Assembly (NCBI GenBank): GCA_963708025.1
Contig: CAVPSB010000019.1
Span: 64,001-128,000, forward strand
DNA: 64,000 nt
Reading direction: 5' to 3'
Source of the DNA: an uncultured Candidatus Rokubacteria bacterium
GTDB taxonomy: Bacteria > Methylomirabilota > Methylomirabilia > Rokubacteriales > DASRDR01
Shown: one piece after another, positions 60,788 through 64,000 of the stretch
How positions within the stretch are numbered: the first letter of the stretch is position 1
How the letters are laid out: each line of letters begins with the position of its first letter
Made by a program: the position numbers and the translations under genes
Notes under the pieces: generated by a model
The model's input: only the letters and a program-made list of their open reading frames with translations
What the model was told of the DNA's origin: nothing
The model's database searches: none

Positions 60788-61671
60788 ACCGCCACCTGGC
60801 CGAACAGGCCACGCGGCCTCATCACGAGCACCCCGATCACGATCAGGTAGATGAGGAGCATCTCCAGCTCCGGGTAGACCGCGATGGCGACCGAGCGCAG
60901 GATGCCGACGACCAGGGCGCCGACGAAAGCGCCCCGCATGCTGCCGAGTCCGCCGATCACGACGACCGCGAAGGCCTCGACGATCAGCTCGATCCCCATC
61001 TCGCTCATGGCCGCGGTCGCCGGGATGACGAGGGCGCCGCCGAGGGTCCCGAGCGCGGTGCCGAGGGTGAAGACCCGGGCGTACAGGGATCCCATGTTCA
61101 CGCCCAGCGCCTCCGCCATCTCCCGGTTCTCGGCGGTCGCTCGCAGGATGCGGCCGAAGGCGGTGCGGGTCAGCAGCCAGCCGATGGTGCCGGCGATCAC
61201 CAGGCTGGCCGCGATGACGATCAGGTTGTAGACGGGCACGGTAGCGCCAAGCAGCCGCACCTGGCCGTAGACCAGATAGAGGCCGCCAGTGGACCGGGGG
61301 GCCGTCCCCCAGGTGAGGCGGATGACGTCCTCCAGCATGAGGACCAGGGCGAAGGTGAGGAGGAGCTGGAACGTCTCGTCGCGGTCGTAGACGAAGCGGA
61401 GGAGGCCGCGCTCGACGGCGATGCCCACCGCGCCGACCAGGAGGCCGCCGGCGGCCAGCGGGACGATGAAGAGCGCGGGCGGGCCGCCGGCATCCGTGAA
61501 GGCCTGGACCGCCGAGACGCCCACGTAGGCGCCGAGGGCGTAGAAGGAGCCGCAGGCGAGGTTGAAGATCTTCTGGACGCCGAAGACGACCTGCAGCCCG
61601 GCGGCCACCAGGAACAGGATGGCGGCGTGGAAGACGCCGCTCAGCAGCAGGTTGACGACGCCGGCGATCAT
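60784..61671 (-). CDS. livH: Branched-chain ABC permease
   Basis: FLVAAGL..FG, FGRILRA..ENREMA, VVIGGLGS, RPRGLFG. Confidence 0.9.
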   Translation of the reverse strand: MIAGVVNLLLSGVFHAAILFLVAAGLQVVFGVQKIFNLACGSFYALGAYVGVSAVQAFTDAGGPPALFIVPLAAGGLLVGAVGIAVERGLLRFVYDRDETFQLLLTFALVLMLEDVIRLTWGTAPRSTGGLYLVYGQVRLLGATVPVYNLIVIAASLVIAGTIGWLLTRTAFGRILRATAENREMAEALGVNMGSLYARVFTLGTALGTLGGALVIPATAAMSEMGIELIVEAFAVVVIGGLGSMRGAFVGALVVGILRSVAIAVYPELEMLLIYLIVIGVLVMRPRGLFGQVAV

Positions 61672-61680
61672 CGGGCCCCT

Positions 61681-61719
61681 TCCTCTCCCCCGTCAGGGGG
61701 AGAGGGCCGGGGTGATGGG
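61681..61719. repeat. Family A repeat directly upstream of the livH start
   Basis: tcctctccccc-gtca-gggggagaggg-ccggggtgatggg. Confidence 0.8.
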
Positions 61720-61724
61720 TCCGG

Positions 61725-61883
61725 GGCTCAGTCGGGCCGGGGGGGAGCTACGCGCTCCTCCGGCTCGCCGCGGCGCCTCGGTCCTGCGGCCCTCGGTGCG
61801 CCGCGCCCCTCCGGACGCCCCGGCCCCCCCCTCCGGGTTGCCCGATGCTCGCGCATCCCCGGCGATTCCTTCACAGCTTCTCA
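61725..61883 (-). repeat. Structured intergenic element sharing the family B left end
   Basis: Minus strand begins TGAGAAGCTGTGAAGGAAT on the SBP stop, followed by nested GC hairpins. Confidence 0.55.
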
Positions 61884-63161
61884 GACCTTCCAGGAATTGA
61901 TCCAGTCGAAGAGCTTGCTCCCCGCCGGCTTCATCGCCTGCTTGGTCGACAGGATCTCGATCGGGTCGATGGTGACGAAGTCGTAGGCGTTCTTGTGGGT
62001 CGTGATCCCCTGGTAGAAGTTGCACATCTGGACGTGGTCCTCGCGCCACGTCCGCTTGCCCGAGAGCGACTCCACCTCGATTCCCTCGAGGGCCTTGACC
62101 ACCTGCGCTTTGGTCGGCCATTGCTTGGCGCTGGCGTACGCCTTCTCGACGGCGACCCGGTACGACTCGGCGCAGAAGTAGGCGTGGTCGCACTCGTAAG
62201 GCGGGTACTCGTTGTATTTCGCCTTGTACTCGCGGGCGAACTGCTTGAGGAGCGGGCTCCCCTTGGGGTCGTCGAAGTACATGGAGTTGTAGCCGAGGAG
62301 GAAGCCCTCGGGCGTGAACTCCTTCTTGAGCGAGTCGTGGACGCCGCCGGCCGTCGTGAAGACGCCCTTCATCGTCTTGAACAGTCCCACCGCCGCCGCC
62401 TGCTTCATGATGATGGTGGCGTCGCCGGACCAGAAGGAGCACATGAGGAGGTCGGCCTTGGACTGCTGGATGGACGCGATGTGCGAGGTGAAGTCGGTGG
62501 CCCCCAGCTTGGGGAACAGCTCCAGCACGAACTTCACGTCGGGCAGGTAGCGCTTGAGGACCGCCTGGTAGGACTCCCAGCAGTCGTGGCCGTAGGAGTA
62601 GTCGTTCCCGATCCCGGCTACCGTTTTGATGCCCTTGAAATACTTGGCCGTCAGGATGGCGGCGACGATGGCCTCCACCTCGTTGTCCACGCTGCGGAAG
62701 GCCCACTTCGGGCTCGGCATCGTCTCCTCGACGCCCTTCTGGGTGGTGCCGTCCCACGAGAGCCATGGGCTGCCCAGGTCCTCGGCCACGGGCCCGAGGG
62801 CCAGCGTGACGCCAGTCGAGATGCCGCCGACCACGACCTCGACCCGGTCCTGGAGGATCAGCTTGCGGTAGCGCTCCACGGTGTCCTTCGGGGTGGACTC
62901 CTCCTCGACCACGAGCTGCACCGGCCGCCCCAGGATGCCGCCGGCCTTGTTCACACGCTCGGCCCACCATTCGGTGCCGCGCAGGCCGGCGGTGCCCACC
63001 GGCGCCGCGATCCCCGCCCGGATGGCCAGCACCCCGATCTTGACCGGCTCCGCCGGCACGCCCGGCCGCGCCTGGGTCCACGCCGAGCGCGGAGTGGCGA
63101 TCGCTCCCGCCGCGGCCGTCGCGCTCACGCCCTTCAAGAACTCGCGCCTGCTCGTCCTCAT
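61881..63161 (-). CDS. Tat-exported LivK-type ABC substrate-binding protein
   Basis: SRREFLK signal; NKAGGILGRPV, DYSYG, DFTSHI. Confidence 0.9.
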   Translation of the reverse strand: MRTSRREFLKGVSATAAAGAIATPRSAWTQARPGVPAEPVKIGVLAIRAGIAAPVGTAGLRGTEWWAERVNKAGGILGRPVQLVVEEESTPKDTVERYRKLILQDRVEVVVGGISTGVTLALGPVAEDLGSPWLSWDGTTQKGVEETMPSPKWAFRSVDNEVEAIVAAILTAKYFKGIKTVAGIGNDYSYGHDCWESYQAVLKRYLPDVKFVLELFPKLGATDFTSHIASIQQSKADLLMCSFWSGDATIIMKQAAAVGLFKTMKGVFTTAGGVHDSLKKEFTPEGFLLGYNSMYFDDPKGSPLLKQFAREYKAKYNEYPPYECDHAYFCAESYRVAVEKAYASAKQWPTKAQVVKALEGIEVESLSGKRTWREDHVQMCNFYQGITTHKNAYDFVTIDPIEILSTKQAMKPAGSKLFDWINSWKV

Positions 63162-63192
63162 CGTCCCCTCCCTCTGGCTTGTCGGGATCTGC

Positions 63193-64000
63193 TCACGGCA
63201 CCCGGACGAAGCCTTCCATGAGGCGTCGCGCCGTCCGGTAGACGGTGACGCGCTCGGCCCACGGCTCGCCGGCCCGGCTCGACACCGTCGCCGCGATCGG
63301 CAGGACCCCGGAGGGGTGCCCGAGGCGGACGTCGGCGCCCTCCGACGCGACCGAGGCTTCGTGGACCACGGTCCCGCGGATCCGGGCGGCCACCGCCAGG
63401 CACATGGCCGCGGTCAGCGCGAAGGCCCGGTGGCAGTTTCCCATCGACATGACGCGGGCCACCAGGTCGGCCTGCTCGGCCCCGTGCGCCGTCCCGTCGA
63501 GGGCGGTGAAGGCGCGTGGCGGGGCGACGGCGGCGATCTTCGGCGTGGCGACGCTCCCCGGGATGCCCATGAGCCCGGCGGCGGCGACGCGGATCGCCTC
63601 CAGACGCGCCGTGAGCGCCCGATCGGCGTCGATGGCGGCTGGCGACTCGGTCCCGGCCAGGCCGAGGTCCGAGGCCCGGACGAAGACCATCGGATTCGTC
63701 GCGTCCACGAGCGAGGCGGGCAGCCCGTCGAGCACGTCCCGGGGCCGCCCGGTGGGCAAGAGCCTGCCAGTGCCGGCGCCGCCCGGGTCCAGGAAGTCGA
63801 GCGCGATGCGCGCGCCCCGCCCGGCGACGCCGGGCAGCTCGAAGTCGCCGCTGGTCGCCGCCTCCCCGCCGGCGACCGGCACGTGGGCGACGATGAGCTT
63901 CTTGGTGTTCGTGTTGTGGATGCGGACGACCGTGTCGCCCTCGACCGCCGGCACCAGGCGCTCGTCGATCGCGAACGGCCCCACCGCCGCCGAGCAGTTG
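63193..64000 (-). CDS. PrpF family isomerase/tautomerase, N-terminus beyond the window
   Basis: NCSAAVGPFAIDE, IHNTNT, LLPTG, VDATNP, SMGNCHRA...T, HPSG, RTARRLMEG. Confidence 0.88.
   Translation of the reverse strand, partial: NCSAAVGPFAIDERLVPAVEGDTVVRIHNTNTKKLIVAHVPVAGGEAATSGDFELPGVAGRGARIALDFLDPGGAGTGRLLPTGRPRDVLDGLPASLVDATNPMVFVRASDLGLAGTESPAAIDADRALTARLEAIRVAAAGLMGIPGSVATPKIAAVAPPRAFTALDGTAHGAEQADLVARVMSMGNCHRAFALTAAMCLAVAARIRGTVVHEASVASEGADVRLGHPSGVLPIAATVSSRAGEPWAERVTVYRTARRLMEGFVRVP

Overview
Very GC-rich (about 70% by eye) bacterial chromosomal window of mostly accessory metabolism. The gene content and repeat style suggest a soil lineage such as Ca. Rokubacteria, but this is inference only. 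It holds a dipeptide ABC operon, two branched-chain-type ABC operons, SDRs, two luciferase-like monooxygenases, a gentisate dioxygenase/FAH cluster, three short MetE-like zinc enzymes, an RND pump, a GcvT-family oxidoreductase and a cNMP-binding/DASS transporter fusion. A signalling/defence patch at 14.7-23 kb contains an MNT-HEPN toxin-antitoxin pair translationally chained to a zinc-ribbon/cyclase/STAND-ATPase/TPR gene, an AhpD-like CxxC protein coupled to a membrane cyclase with non-canonical base-specifying residues, and a DUF222-HNH gene. Intergenic space carries at least four families of short structured repeats that often begin at stop codons, sometimes supply the next gene's RBS, and share a swappable GGCC-TTC-GGCC hairpin module; there is also a 107-bp MITE. 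Several single-base frameshifts look like long-read errors. No rRNA, tRNA, CRISPR array or intact transposase was seen.
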